Below are positions 13,417 through 24,780 of a stretch of 64,000 nucleotides of DNA, piece by piece. Source of the stretch: Asterias rubens (taxonomy: Eukaryota); the NCBI RefSeq assembly GCF_902459465.1, contig NC_047074.1:2480001-2544000 (forward strand), given 5' to 3'. Made by a program: the position numbers and the translations under genes. How positions within the stretch are numbered: position 1 is the stretch's first letter; each line of letters opens with the position of its first letter. The notes under the pieces were generated by a model. That model was not told the DNA's origin. It saw only the letters and a list, made by a program, of their open reading frames with translations, and searched no databases.

Positions 13417-14271
13417 ATGGGACATACACCAACAAGCGATGACTACGATGTAGACCACAGCAAGGTCCTTGGACGCGGCCGCTTCTCGACCGTCAAACTA
13501 GCATACTGCAGACGACAGCAACGTCACGTTGCCGCCAAAATCATCCCAATATCGCGAGATAATGACGACACAATCGCCAACGTCTCGCGAGAGTTCGCTC
13601 TTCTCTCCGAACTGGATCACGCAAACATCATCGATGTGTACGATCACTTTTTGGATGGGGACTTTGCATGGATCACCATGGAGCAAGCACAACATGGCGA
13701 CTTGAGAAAGTTCGTCCACCTCCGCAGACGACTGTCTGAGAAATTGGCGCGAAAGTTCTTCGCTCAGATTCTAGATGGGGTTGCGTACATGCACAGCAGA
13801 AATATTGTCCACAGAGATATCAAGTGTGATAATATTCTTGTGACTGGCAGTGAGGAGATTGTAAAGATTTGTGATATGGGTAGTGCTGTCATCGTAAAAG
13901 AGCACGAGGAGGATTTGATACCACCGCGTCAGAGTGATCAACCCCACGGGCCCAGCGAGCGATTTTACGGCTCTCCTTCCTACGCCGCACCGGAGGTCCT
14001 AGATAGTGTTGTTTATGATTTCAAACCTGCTGATGTCTGGTCAGCGGGTGTGATGTTATTTTTCATGGTGTCTGGTTATCTTCCGTTTGGATGCGATGAC
14101 GTTGGGAGGATACGAGCGAGAATGAATTCTTCTTTACGGTGGCCGAGGCCCATCAAACAAATCAGTAGACACTGCAGAGATTACACGAGTGCTCTACTGC
14201 AGCTCAGGCCAAGTGACAGACTGACCGCTGAAGGTGCTCTTCATGAAATATGGCTGGATAAAAAACACTAA
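13417..14271 (+). CDS. Intronless CAMK-group Ser/Thr kinase, TSSK-like
   Basis: GRGRFS G-loop, VAAK, HRDIKCDN, DMG, GSPSYAAPE, YD..PADVWS. A splice acceptor (TACAG|G ATG) lies directly before the ATG. Confidence 0.85.
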   Translation: MGHTPTSDDYDVDHSKVLGRGRFSTVKLAYCRRQQRHVAAKIIPISRDNDDTIANVSREFALLSELDHANIIDVYDHFLDGDFAWITMEQAQHGDLRKFVHLRRRLSEKLARKFFAQILDGVAYMHSRNIVHRDIKCDNILVTGSEEIVKICDMGSAVIVKEHEEDLIPPRQSDQPHGPSERFYGSPSYAAPEVLDSVVYDFKPADVWSAGVMLFFMVSGYLPFGCDDVGRIRARMNSSLRWPRPIKQISRHCRDYTSALLQLRPSDRLTAEGALHEIWLDKKH

Positions 14272-14729
14272 AAAACTTTGTTTTTTGTTAACTATTTTTT
14301 GGCAGTTTCAACACTTCTGCCGAAGTGCCGAAAAATGGCAAAAAGAGTCTATTTAATTTACTGCATTATGTTTGCGAGATTGACCTGGACGTAGAATAAA
14401 GATGATATACACATTGTATTCTGAATGCGTTTCTGTTGTATTTGTTGTTTTAACCCTCCCCAATCACCCCCCCCCCCCGTACACCTACCCCACCCAAAAA
14501 TAGAAAGTTATAATAATTATGGAGTTGTTTTCACGATAAAAACGTGACAAGTTTCCATTCAATTTTTCACAGGGATTGGTTTGAAAATCTATCGGAAACA
14601 GGAAAGGAAAAGATATGGCTACACTTTAGAATAATAAAGTTTTCGTTTTCACGGGTGATACAGAAAGTTGTTGAGCTGGACTTTCTATTTTTGTGCAAAA
14701 TAATTGAGATGGGCGTGGCTGCATAATAT

Positions 14730-14905
14730 CTGCACGCAGGCGCTCCAGTGAGAGGGCGCCCTCTTATATCTGTCAAAACAAGATGGCGACGCACATGGAG
14801 GCGCAAGTTTTGTAAAATTGTAACTGTTTGTGCATGTCCTTCGGCCAGCTCTTAAGCATTGAGGTACTGTGACTGTGTTGTGGAATTGATGCTTTTGGTG
14901 AGTAG
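14730..14905 (+). promoter_or_regulatory. Probable ANKRD39 promoter and non-coding first exon
   Basis: GC-rich patch containing TGCACGCAGGCGC (NRF1-like) and AAGATGGCG (YY1-like), followed by a GTGAGT donor at ~14898; ATG at 15637. Confidence 0.45.
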
Positions 14906-15636
14906 ATTAATATTGTCGTATTGAACTATTAAATTAAGATTTTGGGGAGGTCGTTAGACTTGTTTCCTTGGTTTGTGCAGCACTTCTTTTTATTTTTTTT
15001 GCGGTAGGTTGGCACAACAAACGCACAGTATGACTATGGCATGGGTAGGCCTATGTCATGAGTATCTTAAGTTATTTCATATCGAATGAAAAAGGGGTGG
15101 CGTGATACGGAATGTTATCCGATTTGATGGTAAGAAATTTGTTTTGTCAAAAGTTTTGTTTGATAAAGTTGAGAAGTGGTGACGCTTATTTGCTCACCAC
15201 AGACGGAGGGTGTTCAACCTATTTACTAGATATTAGATAATGTACAGTGGTACGCAGGCTAGCGTTGCGCCCTGTAGTAAGTATTTTAATGAGGTATACT
15301 CTTTACAACATATTATTCAGGGTTTAGTTCTGATCATCACAACTACATCATACATGTAAAAGTTAGGATCACTACCTTCTGCCACCACTTTTTCACTCAT
15401 TTTCCCAACGATGGATATCTCATTGACGTAAATTAGAAGATACTATATTTTCCCTATATTATTATTTCATACTGAATGAAAAAGTGACGGCGTGGTATGG
15501 AAACTTTTCCAAAAAATATTAAATTTTGTGTTTGATACTTACATTTTTGGTTATGTTTTACTCTCAGCTTGTTTAAAAAGATTTTTTTGTACCATTTCTA
15601 AATGAACTTATTATAACACTTTTAGATTGAGGCATT

Positions 15637-17240
15637 ATGACCACACCCAAAGATGACCACCACTGTTGTGACCACTCCCAGTCATCGTCCGTCACGCAAA
15701 CTCTGGATGAGCTTGCCTTTGAGCGAGGTGTCTGGTCAGCTGCACTGAACGGGGAAACAGCAAAAGTTATCAAGTTTATTGAAGGGGGAGGTGATCCTGA
15801 TACAGTCGACAACGCTGGCTACACGGCCCTAGTAAGTAGTTGACCATTACACCTGAGCCCAATTCCATAAAGCTGTTTAGCAGAAAATTCTGCTTAGCAA
15901 ATGTCTTTGCTATGCAAGGAATGACGGAGGTATCAGTCCCAGCAATGATTACTGTACAGTGTTCTGGTTGGTAACCAAGCTTAAAGGCTTTTGAAATTGG
16001 TCCCTGGGCCCAATTTTATCATAAATATTGCTTAGCAATTTAGTTTTGCTGAGCAAAAAATGAGTTGGGTGCAATGTTGAATCATCATGAAGTAGGGTCC
16101 CATTTTTGTAACAGCATGACTGTGGATTTCGTTTTTTTATTCAGTTTGTTGGCTTTTGAAAGCCTAACTTTTGTGTTACGCTAGAATGTTTTATGTGGAT
16201 GATGTTAAAGGGTCTGACAGGAGAAGGTTTAATAAAGTGTTTATGTTTTACTTTTACAGCATTATTCTAGCAGAAATGGCCATGTAGAAGTCGTCAGTGT
16301 GCTTCTTCAAAATCGAGCTAATCCAAATTGTACAACACGATCAGGGGGCGTAACACCGCTACATAGAGCAGCCTACAGTGGGCACACAGATATTGTGAAG
16401 CTGCTGTTGAAAGCAAAGGCATCACCCCTTCTGTGTGATGAGGATGCCAAATCACCTCTTCACAAGGCAAGTGAAGCTAACATTGGATTCTGAAACTAGG
16501 GTTTGCATTACAGTTTTCGAATTTAATTAAAATTAGTGCTTATTAAGTGCTTTTGAAAGCAGAACAATCAGCTCTTCACTTAAGCACATTATTCACAGCT
16601 TAGCAAGAAATTTGTGCATTGTTTACTTTATGGTTAAATACTAAGCATTATTCACTTACATAGCTGTTACAGAAACTCTATGCTTACCCTATATGCGGAA
16701 AAGGGTGATTTTCAGTGCAGAATTTTGCGGCAAGCAGATTGGGTGTGTAAACATTAACAACTTTGGCACAGTTGCTTTATTTTTGCTATGATGCGTGGTG
16801 CTCATTGTATCGTTTTAAAAAATTTGTCAATAATTTTACATTATTGTTGTTGCTGTTAAATATTTCTGGTATTGAAACTAAGGATGACTCATAAAGTGAA
16901 CTTACTCATGATAGCTTCCAAGCCTGAGGAAACAGGCGATTGCTACAAATGTATGTGAAACAGAAAAACAGGGGTTAACGTACCCTTCCACGATAAGTGT
17001 TGTGGGGCATTGTACCACACAAATAATCTTCAACCCTAAATGATACATGACTAAGAATTTACTTTTTGTGTCATTTCTTATCTTTCTTAGAGTGCTGAGA
17101 GAGGCCATATGGAAATTTGTAAGCTCTTGGTGGCAGCAGACAGAACACTTGTCACGTTAAAGGACAAAAGAGGTAAATTGCCCGTTGATTATGTCATGGA
17201 GTCAAATGTCTCCCTGAAGACTCTCCTTCAAGAAAGTTGA
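15637..17240 (+). CDS. ANKRD39: Ankyrin repeat domain-containing protein 39
   Basis: Exons 15637-15831, 16260-16466, 17091-17240. QTLDELAFERGVWSAALNG, DNAGYTALHYSSRNGH, GGVTPLHRAAYSGH and HKSAERGH match ANKRD39. Intron 2 is GC-AG. Confidence 0.93.
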
Positions 17241-17530
17241 CAGTAGTTTGGAAAGATTTCATTTAGATTTATTATGATAAAGGAACTCAAACAACTGTCA
17301 TCGTGTCCAGATTTTGGAAAACTCATCATTGAAACAGTTGAAATGAACTGAGAAAGATGTATTTCCTCAATGTGAGGTGACAGAATGAGGAATAAAGTTG
17401 GGTGTCACCCCTTGCTCCATGGCAATCCAAGTTGTTGATGTACATGTAATCTTGATGGTTTGTTAATGACTTCTGACGATATTTAGAACAAACTTTAGCA
17501 GAAAAATACCCATTACTCGACTTAACTATT

Positions 17531-20460
17531 TTAGTTTTTAGCTCGTAAAATCAGTCCAGGGGCCTTCATTGCATTGCGATAGCTGTCACCGCATACGTAC
17601 GGCTCCAAAAGAGGTGGAAGACCTATGACCTTCACCATGTGTGGGAAATAAACCATGGGTGCAACTCCAACAGCAAGTCGGATAACCTGCCGGCACATGT
17701 ACTGTAGAGACTGCGGCATGTCATCAACCTCGAACTGTTCACGGAGGGGTTTCAAAGCTTCCGTGTTGAGGATGGAGAGGGTCTGGCCACTGATGTCTCT
17801 GATCATTCGGGGTGACCGAGGGGTGCATTCCATCAAGGCCTGGAACCCTGGATAGGATTCGAGGAGTTCCATGGTCAGAGGATGGATTTCAAGAGTGTCT
17901 GGTATACTGAATGCAATCAGGTACTCGTACAAGACTGAGTGATGCATTGTGTTGAGGATGGATGGATCGGCTTCGTAGAGGAGAAGCTGATGCACGATGG
18001 AGCCCTCAGCCCGCCCACGAGCTGCAAGATGTAACGGTGTATTCCCGTTGATATCCTTAACGTTGGGGTCGGCGCCAGCTGCTAGGAGCATCTGGACACA
18101 CCTCTCGGCACGTGATGTCGGTAAACCGTTCACTGCGCGGTGTAACGGCGTCTGTCCACGCTGACTGCGCACATTGACCTTGGCCTGGTTCGCAAGGAGA
18201 CACCTCACAGACTCCACTGCCGCTGATTCGGCTGCCACGCTTAATGCCGTCTTCTCTTCTATATCTTGAGCTTCGATTAAGGCTCCGTACTCCAGTAATA
18301 TTTCAACACAGGTGTTGAGGTTACACCTAGCGGCGTAGTGGAGAGGGGTTCTGTTTGCTCGCTTCTCGTGGCGGTTTACGGTAGCACCAGATTGGCACAA
18401 TGCCAATACAAATCTAAGACAGCAAACAATCAACATTGGGAAGAGATTGTGAATACTAATTGATTCCTTGTAATTTTCATTATTAAAATATTTCTGATTA
18501 ACCTTAGTTGAGGCATGCATGGTGAGGTATCAATGAATATTTGGTTTGCGGTAACACCATATCTACTTGCTGGGTAGGTAATGTTCTTTTGAGAACTTGT
18601 CTTGCTATTCTACTGACGCGAAGTACATTTCGGTATTCGGGAGACTACTTAGAAAAGAATTGTCCTGCTTATTATTAACTACTTACTACCTGGGCCCAGT
18701 TTCATAAAGCTGCTTTGGCATAAAAGTAGTTAAGCATAACAAAATTATGCTAACCATATTACCAGCCAAACTACCATGTGGCAAGTACAATTTTTTACTG
18801 GTATCCTGTTCTTTCTGCTTAGTAGAAAATTGTTCAGCAGTATTTTCTGCGTAAGCAGCTCAATGAAATTGGGCCCTGGGCGGAAGGTAGGAAATCGGCC
18901 GGAACTACTACTTTCGCTCAGTTGATTGAGGGAACTTCTTATTATAAACTTCACTGCATGAGTTGCAATTATTGGCTGGTAAAAATTTTTGTTTTTGTTT
19001 TGCAAGATTTTATGCTTAACTGCGTAGTTTGCTTTTTATGTTTTTTTATGATTGACCTTACTTTGTAGTATAGGCCTCTCTGCATCTAAGTAACCTTGCT
19101 GAGACCAAGACACTGAAGAAGTTCACTCTCATGAGGGCGGCATGTAAAGCCACTGCTCCCTTTTCATCCATGACATCCGGGTCATAACCATAGTCCAGAA
19201 GAAGCCTCAAAAACCTAGATTGGAAAAGTTGGGGTCCAACAAGTCATATGTTAGATCCTTGGCCTTTTCTATAGTTTTTTTTTCTTCTAAAATATATATA
19301 TATTTTTAAACTGTTATGGGTAAGCAGTCAGCATGTTACTGTTATTCATTTCAATATTGTTTCTTGGTAACTTAATTTATGATTTGGGATAAAGTTTATC
19401 AATGTGGTTTTTCTTTGCACATTGTGCTTTACAAATCCGGGGGGGGGGGGATCAACCCTCAAATTGGGTCGGAAAAAAATGGAGGTGAAAAAAGTGAGTG
19501 CGCAAGCATTGCAGGGGTTGTCGGTTTGAATTCTATCAAGGGCTTGATTTCATTGAGCCGCTTAAGCAGAAAATTATGCTTAACAGTATTCTGCTAAGCA
19601 AAAACAAATAGGATACCAGTCACATAATATTGTAGATTTGACATTGTACTTAGCTTGTTCTATTTACTGACTTATGTTTGTTTGATATTAAACCAGAAAT
19701 GTCGGTGACAAACAAAGTAAATTAGTTTGGATGCAATTACTTTGAAGTGGTGTTGTTATTGACCTGAGAAATGAGCGGTCATGCAATCCGTTTTGACTGA
19801 CTGCAAACATCAGGTGCAATGGCAGGTCCATGATCCGTAGGTCCCCGGTCTCGCCGTTGCGGCCGCGCTCTATCTGCTGCTGCACAACCTGACAAAAAAA
19901 TGTACCAATATTTAAGAAATCAGATAAATATGACCATGGCTGAGCATGATTTATTTCCCAACTTTTCAAATAGCTTAACCCACCCACCACGACATTTCTA
20001 ATAATATAAATATAGTTAAATCAACAAGAAAAGATGAGGTGTGCATCAAAATTTTCATCTCCCACCTATTGAAGCCAAGCCCCTCCCACATGTTGAAACC
20101 CAGCTCCTCGCCCACTATTGAAGCCCGAAGCCCATCCCACCTATTGTAGTCCAGCCCACCACTTGAAACCCAACAGGCCCCTCCCAAGTATCGAAGCCCA
20201 GTCCCCTCCCACATTGAAGCTCAGTCGCCTCCTACTATAAGCCAAACCCCCACCTATTGAAGCCCATCCTACCACCTATTGAAGACCAGCCCCTCCCACC
20301 TATATTCACCCACCTTCATCCACGTGCCTTTCTTGACGAATTTCTTACAGCGCCTGTAGTCCCTCTTCAGGATGCAAGACGAGATGTAACCAATGGGATC
20401 GTCCGCTGGGCTAACAGTGGACGGGATTGGTCGGTGAATACGAGTTGAAACTCCACCCAT
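17531..20460 (-). CDS. Ankyrin repeat and SOCS box-containing (ASB-family) protein
   Basis: Exons 20314-20460, 19764-19888, 19062-19214, 17531-18413, phase-consistent. Several TPLH ankyrin repeats and a C-terminal SOCS box (PQSLQYMCRQVIR...LPPLL). The exon-1 donor (GTGGGT) is less certain. Confidence 0.85.
18694..18875. mobile_element. MITE family B (CWG TSD, PIF/Harbinger-like)
   Basis: CTG|GGCCCAGTTTCAT ... ATGAAATTGGGCC|CTG; relatives at ~15860-16090, ~19540-19680 and 56398-56640. Confidence 0.75.
20060..20305. repeat. ~20-bp minisatellite (CCCACCTATTGAAGCCCAG-like) in ASB intron 1
   Basis: About 11-12 degenerate tandem units, abutting the exon-1 donor. Confidence 0.85.
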
Positions 20461-21139
20461 GCCCCGAGTATTTTATGATGTTGATCGTAACACCTAGCCT
20501 GTCATCTCTACCGGAGTGTGCTGGTTATAATCAGGTATGTTTTTTTGGCGTCCTTGTTTTTATGGAGATGCTTGTCTTTTGTTGACCTTAAGGTATAGGG
20601 TAGGGTCATAGATTGTTTTTGTCAACGTAGTTCTACTAGTAAGCAAAGCAACAAAGACAGATACAATGGAAATCTTCTGTAAAGGTTTTAGCTGAATACA
20701 CTTGTTGAACATCAAAGAGTTCAAATAATAGATTACAAGGCGATAAACAAAACAAAAGACTACACACACGTTGAGTCAAAGATTGAATAAGTTTGTATAA
20801 ATGGGTTTGTCACCCGAGAGAAGGACAAGGCCTTCTGTAGTTGAGCAACCAAGACTGCCGGCGAATTACAAATACATGTAAGTAGATAAAAGCAGTTGAG
20901 AGGAATGAATTAGTTTCAGTTGCAACAATTTTCAATACAATACATCCAGTTTAGGGAGGTGGCGGAAACGGGTACCAACCGCATCTCTTGCCGCCGCATT
21001 CGCGAACGGACAAACAAAATTGTATTTCAGTCGACCCTTTGGAAAGTACGAGAAAAAAAATGCTTGTTTGTTTCTCAGATACCAATATTTTGTGCGTAAT
21101 TTAAAAAAAAAAACATAGCTAAGTAGGTTTTACAAATTT

Positions 21140-21365
21140 GATTGATGGAGGTTTGTGGTAACGCCGTGTGAATATTATCTTTTGAGTAGTTTTAGTTCTG
21201 AAAAGAATTCTGTGGGTTAGGCCTACATCTACATCTATGATATTTCTTGTCAAAGACGGTTCAGTGTTCAGAATCTAGACAATGAAAAATTTCAGTTTTA
21301 GAAGTGGGAGGAAATAAACAATCCACGTTTCGATCAGTTTGTCCTGAATCATCTTGAGGAGAAAG
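21140..21365 (-). mobile_element. Penelope-like terminal repeat fragment with an inactivated hammerhead motif
   Basis: Minus strand reads CTC CTCAAGA T GATTCAG GACAAA CTGATC GAAAC GTG; same tail as the 22621 copy. Confidence 0.55.
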
Positions 21366-22620
21366 CCATACTTCGGAGAGATTCCTTTCTCAAAAAACTT
21401 TAACCAACAGGCCTTAGTATTGGTCATTATATAAAATGTCCAGTATTTAATAATTTAACACCCTACCTGGAAGGTTTTTTCTCCTCATACTTTTTGTGAA
21501 AAGCACTCGACAGCTTCCATTATTGATCGACCTTAAAGCCAGCGAGTGAAACTAAGTGACCATGCTATACTGCACTTTAAATCTTTATGAGCGTAATGGC
21601 GCTTTGTTTCGCTCTCATATAAATAAATAAAACAACATTATTATACGTTCCTAGAGAAACCATTGTCATAACTCTTGATTACGTGACAATAGACTGAGCA
21701 AAGTGTACATCGCGCGCGTGTACGAACAATGGTATCTGCCGCGCGAGCGAGTGTTTCTTTCATGCGTTGTATTACTACGTGGAACTATTTGGTCCAGAAA
21801 GTATTCGAACGTTTTGTTCGAATACGCGCGAGCACAGTCAAACGTTGAGTCTGTTACGCACAATAAAAGCTAAACCCAATGGATACGCAAGAATAAACGC
21901 ATTATGACGAATGTATTTAAGATTGTGACACGTTTAATTCAAACAATGTTTTGCTCAAAAAGGTAAGGAATAACGTAATATTGCACCACAGACAGCATGC
22001 ATTATAAAATTAAAATAAAAAAATCAAGGGCCCTGGCTTCCTCACGCCGTAATGGCTTTGCGCCTGGCGCTCGCATTGACTCCTAACTCTGCGTCTCATA
22101 ATGGGTCTGATGACCAGAGTGTTTTGAGCTTCCTGTGGGCATACATGCCTTGGAAAAGAACACCGAAACTTTAGGTCGATTATCGACTAATTAATCATGC
22201 TTAATGTAATCCATACCAGATAGGGCATGCTAACCACTTCATTGCCAGTGCGAGAAAAGCTTTTACGAACCGCCCGTTAAAAGCACCGACGATAGAGCGC
22301 ACTGTTCATTTTTTTTTTACATTTGTTTTTGTTCCCTTGTATAGATGTGTAGCACATAACGCCATTGCAGCAGTTGATTTCGAAACACTAGGATTAATCC
22401 TAATTTAGGATAGGTTCACTGCGTCCTAGCATCTTTGGATACGGAACTGAACCCATCCTAAGTCCTCAGATTAATCCTAAAGTTAGGACGAGTTTGGTGA
22501 AATCGACGGCTGCGTCTTAAATCAATGTTTAACCATGGTTTAACATAGTGAAGTGCACACGCGTGTACGTGCTGCGCAGCCAATCAATGGCTCTATGGCT
22601 ATTGGCTACAAATTAACCTT

Positions 22621-22660
22621 CTCCAGAAGACGATCAGAGCATACTGATCGAAACGTCGAG
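22621..22660 (+). ncRNA. Minimal type-I hammerhead ribozyme motif (one core substitution) at a Penelope-like terminal repeat
   Basis: CTC CAGAAGA C GATCAG AGCATA CTGATC GAAAC GTC GAG: stem I CTC/GAG, perfect stem II, palindromic ACGT stem III, GUC cleavage triplet. U4 is replaced by A. Confidence 0.65.
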
Positions 22661-23089
22661 TTAAACCAACGGTTCTTTTCAGAACCACCACAACTCATTT
22701 AGAGATTATTACATGGTGTTACCGCAAACTCTTCTATATCTTATCTCCACCACGCAAAGTTTCAAATCCTACTTAACCTTCCAACGGCGTATCATTAAAC
22801 AAAGGGAAAGATAATTCGTTAATTGGCTAATGGCAAGCTTGTTCACTTGCATAATTAATATAAACCATTTTAACGCGACCTTGCATCCATTAATAAACGA
22901 TGAAACTGGTAGCAAAGCTTTTAGGATCTCGCGTTAAAAACCGACCAACGACAGAGCGCACTTTCAGTTGGCATTGTTATTATTCCGAGTCAAGTTCGTC
23001 TCGAGTGATGTTTTGTTGACGACTTAATTACCAATCCTCAAGCGGTTGTAGTAGTTTGAATGATATTTTCTGATTAAGCAGCAGAGACT

Positions 23090-24532
23090 ATGGCAGACAA
23101 CAACGAGAATATCAGCCCGGAAAAGGAAGATCCAAAACAAGCAAGTTTGGAGTTTGAGTTTGCCACAACTACGACCCTCCATGCCATAGGTCATGTAGCC
23201 GAGAGCCGTGGGATATGGGGTAAAGCCCCTTGGGTGATCGTGTTGCTGGTGGCGAGTGGGTTTTACGCGGCCGTTACGTTCGATCGCATCAGTGCGTACT
23301 TGAGATACGAAGCAAGCACCAATGTCATGGTTGATTTCATGCCGAAACTCGACTTTCCCGCCGTTACGGTTTGTAACTACAACCGGTTCATGAGTTCTGA
23401 AATTCAGGAAAAGGACAAAAAGCACGTAAAACAACTCATACAAGTTTATGAACGAACTTACGCAGAGTTTGACTTTGGAGACTACTTGTTCGGTAACTTG
23501 GACGATTTTTATTCAGATGATTCGTTTGACTTCGAAGACTTTGCCTTAAAAACTGGTTATTCCTTGAAAAAGTCAATGCACACGTGCAAATGGAAAGGAG
23601 CGAAGTGTGGTGTGAAAAACTTCAAAAACTTCTACTCTCCGCACTACGGACTGTGTTACACATTTACCTCCCGCGGCAACCAAACCCTACCGGGGATCGG
23701 GAACGGGCTTCAGCTGGTTCTAGACATCGAGGAGAACGAATACACCGAGACTGAGCAAGGCAACACCGAAGCAGGAATCAAATTTGCAATTCATCCTCAC
23801 AACGAAATTCCTGCTATGGACACTATAGGACTGTCTGCTGCCCCGGGGTTCCATACCTTTGTGTCCATACGCCAGACACATCATAAGAACCTCCACAAAC
23901 CGTGGGGAGTTTGCGGTATCAACGAAGATTACCAAGAACCTACAAATTATAGCAGAAACACATGTCTGTCTGACTGCGAGCGTGATGCCATCATCGACAA
24001 GTGCTCTTGTCAGCCTCTTGGGTACTTCAAATTGGACAAAGTATCTGTGTGCAATATCACCCAGCTAAAATGCACCGAAAAGGCCTTGGTTGTTCATCGT
24101 GGACGTGCGGCGGAAGGCACTTGTACCTGTCCCGTACCTTGTGACTACTTTAGCTACGAATCCACGATATCTATGGCTAGGTATCCGAGCAAAAGTGTCC
24201 TTCAAAGTGCCATGGACTCCTACGGAAGTCGAGAGAACGCATCATTGTACGATGAAGAGTACGTCGCCAAAAGTCTTGTTTATCTGGACGTGTACTACAA
24301 CGAGTTGAGCACCACCACCTACGACCAAGTAGAGGACCTCCCCTTCACTGCGCTGCTGGGAGAGCTGGGCGGGCAGCTCGGGCTGTTTCTCGGCGCAAGT
24401 ATTATCACCGCCGTGGAGTTTATTGACTACTTGGTGAGACGGATTAAACGCTTACTCGCCAAGGCTAAGGTGGGAGACAATAAAGTACACTGTTCAACGA
24501 AGGACCTTAGTGAGGCACCTCAGAAATCCTAA
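23090..24532 (+). CDS. Intronless DEG/ENaC channel subunit, ASIC/BASIC-like clade (copy A, 480 aa)
   Basis: Two TM segments, FPAVTVCN, YGLCYTF, GLQLVLDI, EAGIK..IH, PWG.C, Cys-rich thumb, GELGGQLGLFLGAS filter; the HG motif reads HA. Confidence 0.95.
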   Translation: MADNNENISPEKEDPKQASLEFEFATTTTLHAIGHVAESRGIWGKAPWVIVLLVASGFYAAVTFDRISAYLRYEASTNVMVDFMPKLDFPAVTVCNYNRFMSSEIQEKDKKHVKQLIQVYERTYAEFDFGDYLFGNLDDFYSDDSFDFEDFALKTGYSLKKSMHTCKWKGAKCGVKNFKNFYSPHYGLCYTFTSRGNQTLPGIGNGLQLVLDIEENEYTETEQGNTEAGIKFAIHPHNEIPAMDTIGLSAAPGFHTFVSIRQTHHKNLHKPWGVCGINEDYQEPTNYSRNTCLSDCERDAIIDKCSCQPLGYFKLDKVSVCNITQLKCTEKALVVHRGRAAEGTCTCPVPCDYFSYESTISMARYPSKSVLQSAMDSYGSRENASLYDEEYVAKSLVYLDVYYNELSTTTYDQVEDLPFTALLGELGGQLGLFLGASIITAVEFIDYLVRRIKRLLAKAKVGDNKVHCSTKDLSEAPQKS

Positions 24533-24780
24533 GCACACGTTTTAGAAACAGAGCAAAACATTAAAACATTTAAACCGATATATCGGCAAACTTTATTTTG
24601 TTTCAACTTGTCAAAAACTGTTGAATCTCGTTAAGGTTAGCTTAATTCTTTAGGTAGCTTGCTTGTTACATTGCTGTTTAGTATTCATCGATGTGTAAAC
24701 TCTCTGCACAATTTCATCAAGCTGTTTTAGCAGAAATACCATTCAGCAAATCTCTTCGCTTTATAAAACATCGGGAGAAT

